Of a stretch of 64,000 bases of DNA, positions 33,103 through 43,337 are shown one piece after another. Every line of letters begins with the position of its first letter. Positions within the stretch are counted from its first letter, which is position 1. A program made the translations under genes and the position numbers. The notes under the pieces are model-generated. The model worked only from the letters and a program-made list of their open reading frames with translations. It was not told the origin of the DNA and did no database searches. Source of the stretch: Prasinococcaceae sp. CCMP 1430 (Eukaryota; Plantae; Prasinodermophyta); contig RQSC01000025.1 in assembly GCA_013416795.1 (NCBI GenBank), positions 158,609 through 222,608 on the forward strand. The letters are read 5' to 3'.

Positions 33103-36100
33103 ATGGCGGCAGCGGAGCCCGATGCGCAGCTGTGCGCGATGCTCGACGCTACCTTCTCGGCAGATGCGCCCACACGCACGGCGGCGGGGCGCGGCGTCGA
33201 GGAGCTCACGGCGCGGCCAGGCGCAGCGGCGGCTCTCGCCACCGTCGCGTCCGCCGGCACGAGCTGGGCGCACGCGGGCGACGCAACACGCCAGCTGGCC
33301 GCGTGTGTCCTGCGACAGCTCGTGACGAAGCGCTGGGAGGAGCTGGCGCAGGATGAGCGCGACGAGGTGCAGCGGCTGCTCCCACTCGCCCTCGGCGACC
33401 CGGTCGGGGTTGTGCGCACTGCCGCGGCCGCCGCTGTGTCGACAATCGCCGACTGTACCGGCGTCGGCGCGTACGATGCCGCAAACGCCTGCGCCCGCGA
33501 CGGCGGCGGCGGCTGGCCTACGCTGCTGCCAGGCCTTCACCAGGCAATCGTGGCGGGCGCTGCGGCGCCGGCAGGTTCTCCGCAGGCATACCTCGGCAGC
33601 GGCGCGATGCGCTGCCTGGAGATGCTGGCAGAAGACTTGCGCGGGCCCGCGCTGCTCTCGGCCACGGCTCAGCTGATGCCGCCACTGCTAAATGCGCTCG
33701 GCGCCGGCGCCCGTGCATGCACACCGCTCACGGCAGATGCGCTCAGTTTCGTCGCTGAGGCTGTCGCGGGTCTGGCAATGTCTGAGGGAGGAGCACAGGG
33801 CCGGGCAACCGCGCGGCAACTGAAGACGCTGCTACCCGGCTGGCTCGCAGCCGCAGCCGGGCTCATCTCAGAGTGCACCGCCAGCGTGGATGCGCTCGTG
33901 CGCGCCTACAATGGTCGGGCCGCCGACAGCGGCGGCGCGGACGCGGCGGTGCTGCGCTGCCTCTGCGCGCGAAAGGCGCTCCGTCTAACTCAGGCATCCC
34001 TTACTGGCTTCGGCAAGTACGTGCAGGGCGAGCTCGCAGCACCGCTACAGGCAGGATGGTCTCTACTCATGCGCGCGCGCGGCGCGTACGCCGCAGCTTT
34101 CGCCCATGGCTGCGATGGCCGGGCTTTGGACGCAAGGCGCGTGCAGGAGGGCCTGGAAGCGATGCTGTCGCAACTGCTCGAGTTGTTGATATCGGTGGTG
34201 GAGCACCCGCGCTTCGCCGACAGCCTGGAAGATGCGGTGGGCGAACTCGCGCCATGTGCGGTGCTCTACATGCGCATGACGCGCGACCAGCAGGACGAGT
34301 GGGCTGCAGACGCCAATCAGTACGTGGCGGATGAGGACGACTTTGCATGCTCAGTTCGCGACGGCGCGACAATGCTCGCAGAGGAGCTGTGTGAGGTGTA
34401 CGGGGAGACAGCTATGCGCGCTCTGGGTGCGGCGGTGTGGGGGGAGCTGGGCGCGGCCGACGCGGCGCGCACCGCAGGCGATGCGCATTGGTGGCGCGGC
34501 GTCGAGGCAGCGCTGTACGCGGCGGGTCGGATCTGCCACCAGGTGCAGGGAACACAACATGAAGGAGCAGATGGTGCTCTGCAGGTGCGCGACGCGATGT
34601 GTGCTGCACGCTTCTGCCGACCGACGTGCGCGCGCGCATCGCGACAGGCGCTGACGTGCGTGCACCACGCGCGCGCGCCGCAGCTACCGAGGCTAGTAGA
34701 GGTATGCTGCTCGCTGCTTGCGGGCGCCGGCGTGAATGTTGGCGCGGACAGCGAGGAGCTATGCTTCGTTCGTGGCCGAGCGATGTGGATGTGCTCTCGC
34801 TACGCCTCCAGCCTGTCTCCCGATGCCGCTAAGGATGTCACACAGCGGGCAGCGGCCGCTCTCTGCTCGGACGGCTCGCCGATGCCGCTCCGCGTGTGTG
34901 CCTGCCGCGCGATTGCTGCGCTCGCGCGCCGAGCGAAAGAGGAGGAGACCAGCGGCGTTGCGGGGAGCAAGGCGGTGCTGGTGGCAAGTCTGCCAGCGGT
35001 GTACGCCGGCGCGTGCGCAATGGCGCAGCAGGTGGACGAGGACACACTGCACTTGGTGCTGGAGCTCTTCAGCTCAGTCATCAAGCTCGACGCGCACGCC
35101 GCGGCTGCCGCGGCAGGAATGGTGGCACCGCTCGCGCTGGCGGTGTGGCAGGCCAACTACAATGACCCGCTCATCGCCGAGGACGCCTCTGAGGTCCTGC
35201 AGGAATTAGTAGGCACCGCTGAGCACGCCGCAGCTGCTGTGCTCTCCCGTGCGGTGCCTGGCATTCGCTCGATGCTCACAAGTGGCAGCGCGAGCGCGAG
35301 TGGCAGCGAGGAAACTGGCATGCTCGAGGCGTCCCTGCACTTGCTTGCGTCCATTACTCGGCGGGCGCCGCCAGCCGCGGCGCGGGCAGCGTACGAGGAG
35401 CTAGCACCGGCGACTCTTGCGTGCGTGAGCAACGATGCGGACAGCGGCGTTGTCCAAGGCGCCTGCCAGGCGCTGCGCGCCTTCGTGCACGCTGCGGGCT
35501 CTGCGCAGGAACTTGCCGCATGGGCTGGTGGCGCTGCCATGCAGCACATGATCGAGTGCGCGTCCAGGTTGCTCGCGACTGGTGCGAGCGCCATGAGCGA
35601 CAGGTCCATCATGTTCTCGGGAGGATTTTTGCGCACGCTGCTGGCGCGGCTGCCGGCAGGTGCCGAGGCAGACGGCGTGTCGTGCGCGATCGCGGTGGGA
35701 TCCGCGCAGCGACTGGTCGCACAGGACGCCATGCCAGCGCTCAAGCCGACGCTTGCGCTGGTGCTCGCCCGCTGCGCACAGCTGCGTTCGGCCACGGACG
35801 TTCTACACGCACTCGGAGCGGGCGTGGGGCCCGCCATCGAGGCGTGGTGCGAGGCGCACGCAGAGGTGCAGGGCGCGTACGAGGTGCGCCTGTCGCTGCA
35901 CGGCCTGCTGGCTTTGCTCGCCACGTGCAGTCCCGTCCTGCTTTCCACAGTGGTCAGAGGCGAGCCGACCGACAGTAGCGGTGGGGGCATGCTCACGCGC
36001 TCCCAGGTGGCGAAGGGCGGTCCGCAGCAATATACGCAGGTGCCAATGGGCGCCAAGATTCTCGGCGTGCTGGGCGCGAGCGTCAGCGAAGCCAGGGAGG

Positions 36101-36645
36101 CCTATGCGGCGCCCAAGGGCTTCAAGGAGAGCGACGAATTCAACTTCATGGGCGGCGGTGGCGGTGGCGGTGGCGGTGGCGACGACGATGACGGGGAGTT
36201 CGCCGACTACGACGATCCGTACGACCTGGCGGCCGACGGCGACCCGTCGTCGTTCGCAGGTGGAGCAGAGGTGCGTGTCGCGTCTCCCGCCTTTCCCGCA
36301 CCTGCGTGCCTTTTATCCAGATCGCATGCTCGCGAGGGCTGCGTCGCACCGCACGCGCGAGAGCTGACGCGCGTCCCTCCGAACTGGCAGGCCTTTGACG
36401 GCTCCTTCGGCGATGATCTGTTCGCAATGCTCGGCGCTCAGGTGGAGGAGGGCTTCGGCGTCGAGGAGGACCTGGATGCGATCGCCGAGACGGGCCTCGC
36501 CAAGGTCGACGTTGAGATGAGCGTCAAGGGCGCAATGCAAGCGCTCGCGCAGAGCACGGAGGGCAGCGCCATGCTGGCTTCGCTGGCCGGGCACGTGAGC
36601 GCCAAGCACGCGGAGACGCTCAACGCACTGATCGCAGCACTGTAA
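33103..36645 (+). CDS. IPO9: Importin-9; in-frame introns 34585..34683 and 36271..36390
   Basis: IBN_N-like N-terminus (RQLAACVLRQLVTKRW), WAADANQYVADEDD, WWRGVEAALYAAG, HEAT repeats and an acidic C-terminal loop. Confidence 0.85.
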   Translation: MAAAEPDAQLCAMLDATFSADAPTRTAAGRGVEELTARPGAAAALATVASAGTSWAHAGDATRQLAACVLRQLVTKRWEELAQDERDEVQRLLPLALGDPVGVVRTAAAAAVSTIADCTGVGAYDAANACARDGGGGWPTLLPGLHQAIVAGAAAPAGSPQAYLGSGAMRCLEMLAEDLRGPALLSATAQLMPPLLNALGAGARACTPLTADALSFVAEAVAGLAMSEGGAQGRATARQLKTLLPGWLAAAAGLISECTASVDALVRAYNGRAADSGGADAAVLRCLCARKALRLTQASLTGFGKYVQGELAAPLQAGWSLLMRARGAYAAAFAHGCDGRALDARRVQEGLEAMLSQLLELLISVVEHPRFADSLEDAVGELAPCAVLYMRMTRDQQDEWAADANQYVADEDDFACSVRDGATMLAEELCEVYGETAMRALGAAVWGELGAADAARTAGDAHWWRGVEAALYAAGRICHQVQGTQHEGADGALQVRDAMCAARFCRPTCARASRQALTCVHHARAPQLPRLVEVCCSLLAGAGVNVGADSEELCFVRGRAMWMCSRYASSLSPDAAKDVTQRAAAALCSDGSPMPLRVCACRAIAALARRAKEEETSGVAGSKAVLVASLPAVYAGACAMAQQVDEDTLHLVLELFSSVIKLDAHAAAAAAGMVAPLALAVWQANYNDPLIAEDASEVLQELVGTAEHAAAAVLSRAVPGIRSMLTSGSASASGSEETGMLEASLHLLASITRRAPPAAARAAYEELAPATLACVSNDADSGVVQGACQALRAFVHAAGSAQELAAWAGGAAMQHMIECASRLLATGASAMSDRSIMFSGGFLRTLLARLPAGAEADGVSCAIAVGSAQRLVAQDAMPALKPTLALVLARCAQLRSATDVLHALGAGVGPAIEAWCEAHAEVQGAYEVRLSLHGLLALLATCSPVLLSTVVRGEPTDSSGGGMLTRSQVAKGGPQQYTQVPMGAKILGVLGASVSEAREAYAAPKGFKESDEFNFMGGGGGGGGGGDDDDGEFADYDDPYDLAADGDPSSFAGGAEVRVASPAFPAPACLLSRSHAREGCVAPHARELTRVPPNWQAFDGSFGDDLFAMLGAQVEEGFGVEEDLDAIAETGLAKVDVEMSVKGAMQALAQSTEGSAMLASLAGHVSAKHAETLNALIAAL

Positions 36646-36900
36646 AGACTACAGGCTATGTCAAGTTCTGTACCATCAGATCGTACCGTGATGGTACCGG
36701 ACCAAAGTGTTGGGTGGACGTTCATTCGGGTTGAACTGCGATCGTGTGCTAAAAAGTTGAGATAGTTGGTGTTTCATATTTTTGGACCTCTCGAGTCCCA
36801 TCATTCTCAGCTAGGGTTTCTTCAGCAAAGGGGAGGAAGCTGCTGCGGGGGGCGCTGGGTGGGCGCGTGGCGCTCCAGGCAGGCGGCCAGGCCGGCAGCC

Positions 36901-38059
36901 ATGGCGGCGGCCGTCGCCGAGCAGGTGATGCAGGAGAACGTGGAGATGCAGGACGAGGAGGAGCAGATGGACACCGGGCCGGTGCCGCTGCAGGCGCTGG
37001 AGGGGCAGATCACGGGCATCACGTCCGGTGACCTCAAGAAGCTCATCGACGCGGGCTTCACGACTATGGAGGCAGTGGGCCGCTCGACGAAGAAGTCGCT
37101 CATCGAAGTCAAGGGCATCAGGTGCGTCCGCGTGGCGCGCTCTGCGCACTGGCCGGCAGGCGCGCGCGCACACGCGCTGTATCCCTGCCTGCTGGCAGCC
37201 GCTGTGTCTGACCCCGACCACACGCGCACGCGAACGTAGCGAGAACAAAGCGGACAAGCTCATGGAGTACATCTCCAACCACCTGCAGATGGGGTTCACC
37301 AGCGCGGCCGACCACGCGCTGCAGCGTCAGGACATGGTGATGGTGTCGACGGGCGCAAAGGAGCTCGACAAGATTCTCGAGGGCGGGCTGGAGACGGGGT
37401 CCATCACGGAGATCTACGGCGAGTTCCGCACAGGCAAGACGCAGCTCTGTCATACGCTGTGCGTGACGTGCCAGCTGCCAATGGACCAGGGCGGGGGCGA
37501 GGGCAAGGCGTTGTATATCGACACGGAGGGCACATTCCGCCCGCAGCGCCTCGTGCAGATCGCCGAGCGCTTCGGCCTGAACGCGCAGGACGTGCTGGAC
37601 AACGTGGCGTACGCGCGCGCGTACAATAGCGACCACCAGAGCCAGCTGCTCCTGCAGGCCGCCAGTATGATGACCGAGCAGCGCTTCGCGCTGCTGATCG
37701 TCGACAGTGCGACTGCGCTCTACCGCACGGACTACAACGGCCGTGGGGAGCTGAGCGCGCGCCAGGTGCACCTCGGCAGGTTCCTGAGGAGCCTGCAGCG
37801 GCTAGCCGACGAATTCGGCATCGCGGTCGTGGTGACCAACCAGGTCGTGGCCAAGGTCGACGGTGGCCCCATGGCATTCGGGCCACAGATCGCGCCCATC
37901 GGCGGCAACATCATTGCGCATGCCAGCACCACGCGCCTCTGGCTCAAGAAGGGCCGCGGCGAGAACCGCGTGTGCAAGATCGTTTGCTCGCCGAGTTTGC
38001 CCGAGGCAGACGCGGAGTTCGCGATCTCGCCCGAGGGCGTGGTCGACAGCAAGGGCTAA
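36901..38059 (+). CDS. RAD51: DNA repair recombinase RAD51; join(36901..37121,37240..38059)
   Basis: [69 protein letters not shown] and [15 protein letters not shown]. Confidence 0.98.
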
Positions 38060-38488
38060 ATCCCTCCCCCGGCCCCCCTCTCCCGACACCCAACCCCTCC
38101 ACACACACATACGCTTCTCCACACGTGTGCCCGGCGGCGCCGCCGCAAGCTCAGGGCTGGCACTGCGTGCGGCTAATTCGCCGCAGGTCGGCTGCCCATG
38201 TAACACTATGATCCCCTCCCCATGTTATTGGTGGGAGGCGCCAACGTCCTGTGACACGCGCTGCCCGCCGCGCCGCTCTACTCGCGGGCGCGCCCTGAGT
38301 GAGCAGAGCGCCCGACTCGAGCCTGTGATAGTGATTGAACTGAGGTGTGCCGACTGTGCATGTGTCGCGAGGCAAACCCCATTATTAGTCTAGACTAGTC
38401 GTCTAGAGTAGCGAGCGCGCGACACGCGACCACAAGGAGACGCGCTCGCCCTCGCACCTCACGGCGCGGCTCCGCGGCCGCGCTCGCG

Positions 38489-39378
38489 CTATCGCCTGCG
38501 CAGGGGGGCGTTGACATCATCGATCGCCACTAGCACGACCTGGTCGCCGCGCAGAAAAATTTGGGCCATGTGCCGCGTGCGGTGCTGCTGCCGCGACCGC
38601 AACTTCCTCCCGCCCGTGCCCTGCTCCTGTGCGCCTATGGCATCGGCAGCGCCGCCGACGGCCGCGAGGTGACGCGGTGTCGCGAGCACGGTGTAGACCT
38701 CGTCAACATCGCGAAGTACCATGTTGAAGTGGCGGTCGAAGGCCACGACGAAGCCCACGGCCACGCCCCGCACGCCGCGCGCGTGACGCGTCGTCACGCG
38801 CACGCGTCGCCGCCCGGCAAAGGCGCTCGCGAGCACGCGCAGCGGGCCCTCCGGCGCCTCCTCCCTGCCCGCGCCACTGAGCTCTTGACGCAGCGAGCGC
38901 TTCACGGCGGCGGCTACCGGCGTGCGCCCGGGAGCGCGCGGGTCAGCCGAGGGCGCGCATCTCGCCAGCGGCGAGCGCGCCGGCAAAAGGCACTGCGGCA
39001 GCACTCACCGGCTGCCCGCTCGACGAGGGTGGTCGCTCGCGCGCGCCTCTGCGCGGCAGCGTCTGCAGCCATGCGGCTCGCCTTCATCCTCTCCTGCGTG
39101 GCAATCGACTCGGCCGTGCGGCGATGGCGCTCGCCGCGATTGGCTTGAGCTTCGGGCATCTCGGCGGGCAGCAGGCCCACGCATCGGCTCAGGTTGTCGA
39201 GCGGCGGGGCAGTGACGTCCGGAGGCTGAAGCCCGGGAGCGCGCAGCGCCGCGAGCGCATCGAACCCGTCCGACAGGAAGTCTAGCGCACCGGCCCGGCC
39301 TTTGTCTTCCGCAGCGCCGCCCGCGCTGCTCGCACCGCCTGCGCTGCCTGCAGCGCTTGCGGCGCCCGCACCGCCCAT
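38489..39378 (-). CDS. LSM11: U7 snRNA-associated Sm-like protein LSm11-like; join complement(39009..39378,38489..38913)
   Basis: N-terminal LDFLSDGFDALAAL motif, GPLRVL, Sm1 RGVRGVAVGFVVAFDRHFNMVLRDVDEVY, a long insert and Sm2 QIFLRGDQVVLV. The intron has a GTGAG donor, CTGAC branch and TAG acceptor. Confidence 0.75.
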
Positions 39379-39810
39379 CCCACCGTATATCCCCTTGCAG
39401 TGGGTGCGCAAAGAGCGGGAGCGTGGCTTCAACTCCTCCCTCCCCTCCCTCCCGTGACCCCTCCCCCCTGCCCCCGCGGTCCCTGCCCTCGCACGCCCTC
39501 TCCCCCGAGCGCCGCTAAGGCGGCAGCTGCCGCTGCCGCGCGGCGCATGCGCTGTGTGGCACGCCGCGCGCCAATGGTCAGACGGCCCAATCTGACGGAC
39601 CGCGCTCGCCGGCGCGCGCACTAGCGCCTGGGGGTGCCCACATGGCCAACGGGGTACGGGCTACCGCGCAGGGGCAGTCACGTGCGCGCGTGAGCGCCAC
39701 ACGCTCTCTCGCGCTCTCATGCGCACGCACGGCGCTTCGAGTGACGGGGCCACGCGCGCGCTCGTGCGTGGCCCAGGGCGCGCTATTAATAAGGCAGGGA
39801 GCGCCACGCG

Positions 39811-40427
39811 CTAGTCGCCGCTCTCGCCGCTGAGCTCGAGCGCCCGGAGCGCGCGCGCGGCGGCGGCGGCGGCGCCAGCGGCGGCCTTCGTCTCTGGTGT
39901 ATCTCCGCCTGGGGGGGGAATGCGCCGGGAGGCTCTGTTAGCAGATGCGCGTATGGACGGGTGTGGTACAAACGGACGCGAACAGCGGAGCTTCTCTTCC
40001 CCTCCTGGCACGCACAGACGCATCCATTCGGCGGCGCACGTACCTCCTTCCGCTGCCCTTTTCGCGCTATCCTCCAGGTCTCTGAGCGCACTCATAGCTC
40101 CAGCGTCGCGCGCCGCCTGCAGCCCGCCAGGGGTGCGGACTATGTTGGCCCCGCCGCTCGACGCTGCGCGTTTGGCCTCCTCGGCAGTGCGCGCGGCGAT
40201 GCGCCGCTCGGACGGACGCGCCGCAGCGAGCGCCTCGAGTGCGCCGGCCGCTGCGGCGGCGTCAGCGGGATCCTCCGCACGCGCGAAATCCGCGAGCGGC
40301 TCGGTCACGCCTGCCTCGATCGCGGCGGTCGCGCGCCCCGCGCTTCCGAGCGTGCATGCACGAAGCGCAGAGGCGGCCGCACGCTTGGGGCCGCTCGCGT
40401 GCCCCTCGCACAGGATGCGCGCGAGGA
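39811..40427 (-). CDS. ARM/HEAT-repeat protein, 3' part; 5' part lost at the single-N gap 40428
   Basis: ARM-like helices AASALRACT and AIEAGVTEPLADF..AAAGALEALA. GT..AG intron at 40043..39909. Confidence 0.45.
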
Positions 40428-40807
40428 NCCTGCCCCCCCTGCTCCCCCACTGCTTGGGGGCCCGCGCTCCGCCTCGAACGCCCGCCCGCCCCCCCCGCCC
40501 CCCGCCGTTATTACGACGCGCCGCGGTGGCGCGAGCGACGGGATGGATCGTTCTGAGGGTCATTTCCGCACGGCCGGCGGTGCCCCGGGCCGGCGCGCGC
40601 ACCGGAAATCCGGGCCGTTTTCCTTTGGCGCGGGCGCGGGCGCGCGGGCGCGGCTCGATTTGGCGAGCTTCGCGAGCTTCGCGCTGAGGTGGCGCCCCGA
40701 GACTGCGGCGGCGCCGTGCGCGGACGGGTTGGGGTGCGGTGGGAGGGAGAAGGGTGCCGCGCCACAGCACGCGCCGCGGTGGCACTGGAACACAGCGGCG
40801 CGGCGCG

Positions 40808-41962
40808 ATGTCGAGCTCGGGAGCGTGGGAGGCGCTGGCGGCGGCGCCGCCGCCGTGGCTTGGCGAGCTCGCCGAGCTTGTGCTCGTGCTGGCGCCCGCC
40901 CTCATCGCGTTGGCCGCTGTCGCGAGCGAGAGCAAGAGCTTCGCCGTCGGCGCACAGCTGGGCGAGCTCGAGACGCGCGTGCTCGCGGCGCTGCCAAGCA
41001 AGCACAGGGAACGCGCGGAGACTGCCATCGGGAAGGCCAGGAGCAAGGCCGAAGACCTCAAGAAGGCCGTCAGTTCGCGGGTTCGGGTGCCCCGGGCTGA
41101 GACGCGCCTGCGCGTCGCGGACAAGCTGACGTTTACCATGGGCTGCGCCAACATGGCGGTGACGCCGTACATCTGGGGTGCATTTCCAGAGCTATTCATC
41201 CCTCTTCACACGATCAAGGTCACGTTCATGGTCGCCGTGCGATGGGTTGTCTTCAAGACTCGCAAAGAGCACTACTACCTCTTCGATTTCTGCTACTGCA
41301 TGAATGCAATGCTCCTCTTCTTCCTGTGGGTGAGGCCCGACGACGAATCGCTCTTCCGCGCGTGCTTCGTGCTGGCCAACGGCCCCCTCGCTTGGTCCAT
41401 CCTGGCCTTCAACTGCGCTATGGTCTTCCACTCGCTCCAGCACATAACCAGTCTTCACATCCACCTATCGCCGATGCTCGTCACGTACATCGTCAGGTGG
41501 CAGACGCCACCGGGGTACGCAAAGGTGGTCCAGGACACGGACGTGTCCAAGTGGCAGATGCTCGGGGGCGCTCTCGTCTTCTACGCGGCGTGGATGATCC
41601 TATACTACGCTTACATTTTCGTTCTGGCCTCCGACAGGATAAAATCGCGGGGATACCAGACGCTCTACACGTTCGTCGTGGAGTCTACCCCCGCTGGCCG
41701 ATTGCTGAAGCTGTGCCCCGAGTCCGTCAGGCCCATTGCGTACATGCTGATGCACTTCAGCTTCGGGATGGCCACCGCATCGTGCACATTGCTCCTATGG
41801 AATTCTAGGCTTGGGCACTTCGCCTTCATTGCCACCATGTCGGTCGCGAGCGCGTGGAACGCATCCGGCTACTACTTCGACTACTTTGCAGCGAGATACG
41901 AAGGCAAGCTCAAACATAGGGCCGAGCATGTACGCGCCAGAAACGTGGCCAAGTCGGACTAG
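40808..41962 (+). CDS. GPC1: Glycerophosphocholine acyltransferase (GPC1/DUF2838 family)
   Basis: DKLTFTMG, HYYLFDFCY, FVLANGPLAWSI..FNCAMVFHS..HITSLHIHLSP and VAS.WNASGYY. Confidence 0.88.
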   Translation: MSSSGAWEALAAAPPPWLGELAELVLVLAPALIALAAVASESKSFAVGAQLGELETRVLAALPSKHRERAETAIGKARSKAEDLKKAVSSRVRVPRAETRLRVADKLTFTMGCANMAVTPYIWGAFPELFIPLHTIKVTFMVAVRWVVFKTRKEHYYLFDFCYCMNAMLLFFLWVRPDDESLFRACFVLANGPLAWSILAFNCAMVFHSLQHITSLHIHLSPMLVTYIVRWQTPPGYAKVVQDTDVSKWQMLGGALVFYAAWMILYYAYIFVLASDRIKSRGYQTLYTFVVESTPAGRLLKLCPESVRPIAYMLMHFSFGMATASCTLLLWNSRLGHFAFIATMSVASAWNASGYYFDYFAARYEGKLKHRAEHVRARNVAKSD

Positions 41963-42044
41963 CGAGGCAGGCGAGCGCGCTGCCAATGGCGCATCGTGGG
42001 TAATGTCACATGTAGTTAGGTTGCCGCCGCGCTGGTTGCAGGCA

Positions 42045-42520
42045 CTACCGCCCGGCGCCCTCCCAGAAGCCGCTGGTGTGCTCCTCGTTGGGCAGGCCGT
42101 ACTTGCCGCAGAGGTACTCGACCTGCGTGCGCGCATGCGCAATGAGCTCGCCGGTGCGCTCGCCGTCCTCGGCCTGGAACGCAAGGAAGTTCTGCTTCGC
42201 CCAGCTTGTAGGCCGCACGCGCCACAGCGCGGCCGTCAGCATTTGGAGAGCGGGCGGTCTCGCGTACCGCACGGGCGTTCGAGCGCGTGTGCTGCGTGAC
42301 GACCACGCGCGAGAGCGAGGGCGTCCTGCCAACGCAGCGTAGCTGCCTCCTTTCCTACCTCTCCCCTATCGAGCTCACCAGCGGTAAAGCCAGGGTCAAT
42401 GAGCTGTCCGACGACGCGCACGCACCTTCGGTAGTACTCCTGGGCGGAGCGATCCTCGAGGAGCTTAATTTTCCTCAGTGCGAGCCTGTACACCGCCTGC
42501 GCACTCGGCCGCCCCGCCAT
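42045..42520 (-). CDS. LYR-motif protein (LYRM9-like), two exons
   Basis: VYRLALRKI...QEYYR|SWAKQNFLAF..E...ELIAHA...EYLCGKY. A GT..AG intron joins the two ORF parts in frame. Confidence 0.65.
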
Positions 42521-43337
42521 GGCGAGCGCAGCAACACGCGGCACAGCGGGGGTCACCGCCTTCGGAGATAAAAAATCGGAGGGCTCGAGCGAAGAGGAGG
42601 GCGACGGCGGTGCGTTGCACGCAGTTGCGTCTGTGCAGCGCGGGCCACGCCCGGAGGTGGCGCACCCTCCACTGCTCCGTGCGCAGAGCGGTGCTGGCAA
42701 GGGGCGACGGCGAGGGGGGGGGGCGGCGCTGCGGCAGGCGGCCGCGCAGTATGTGAGATGGGGGGCGGCTGCCGCTCTGCGCTCGCGGTGGTAAATCCGC
42801 CCCCGCTGCGCGACCACCGGGACGCGCGCGCGCGGCGCAGGCTGCCTGCGCTGTGGCACACAACGCCTCCAGCCGCTGTTGCCCGCACCGTCGCCACCGC
42901 AGAGGAGGTGGTGCAGGGGATGGGGCGTCACGCGATCACAATTGCACGACCATCTAAAGTAGACCCTTTGTTAAAACAGTAAACAAGTTTGCGGTTGCGG
43001 TTGCAATCGGCGACCACGAACTCCAACAAGCGACTAGAGAAGAGCAAGCACACCGCGCCGTGGGCGGCCGGGGCGGCGGACGGCAGCGCCTCGAGGCAGC
43101 AGGAAGCTCGCGGGAGGGCTGGAGGCGTGGGCGTGGGACTCGATAAATAATGTTGTTAAGTATACAGTGGCCCGCGACGGGACCACAACTTCACTGAAGT
43201 TCATTCACTCTGGGCCTCGGGCGACGTCGCGTCGGCGGAGGCATGGGTGGCGGAGGGCGCGCTCGGCGAGCTCACCCTGCGCTGCGGGAAAAAGAAAACG
43301 CCGAGAACTCGTCGCTTGTGGACGTCGCGCTCGCTGC

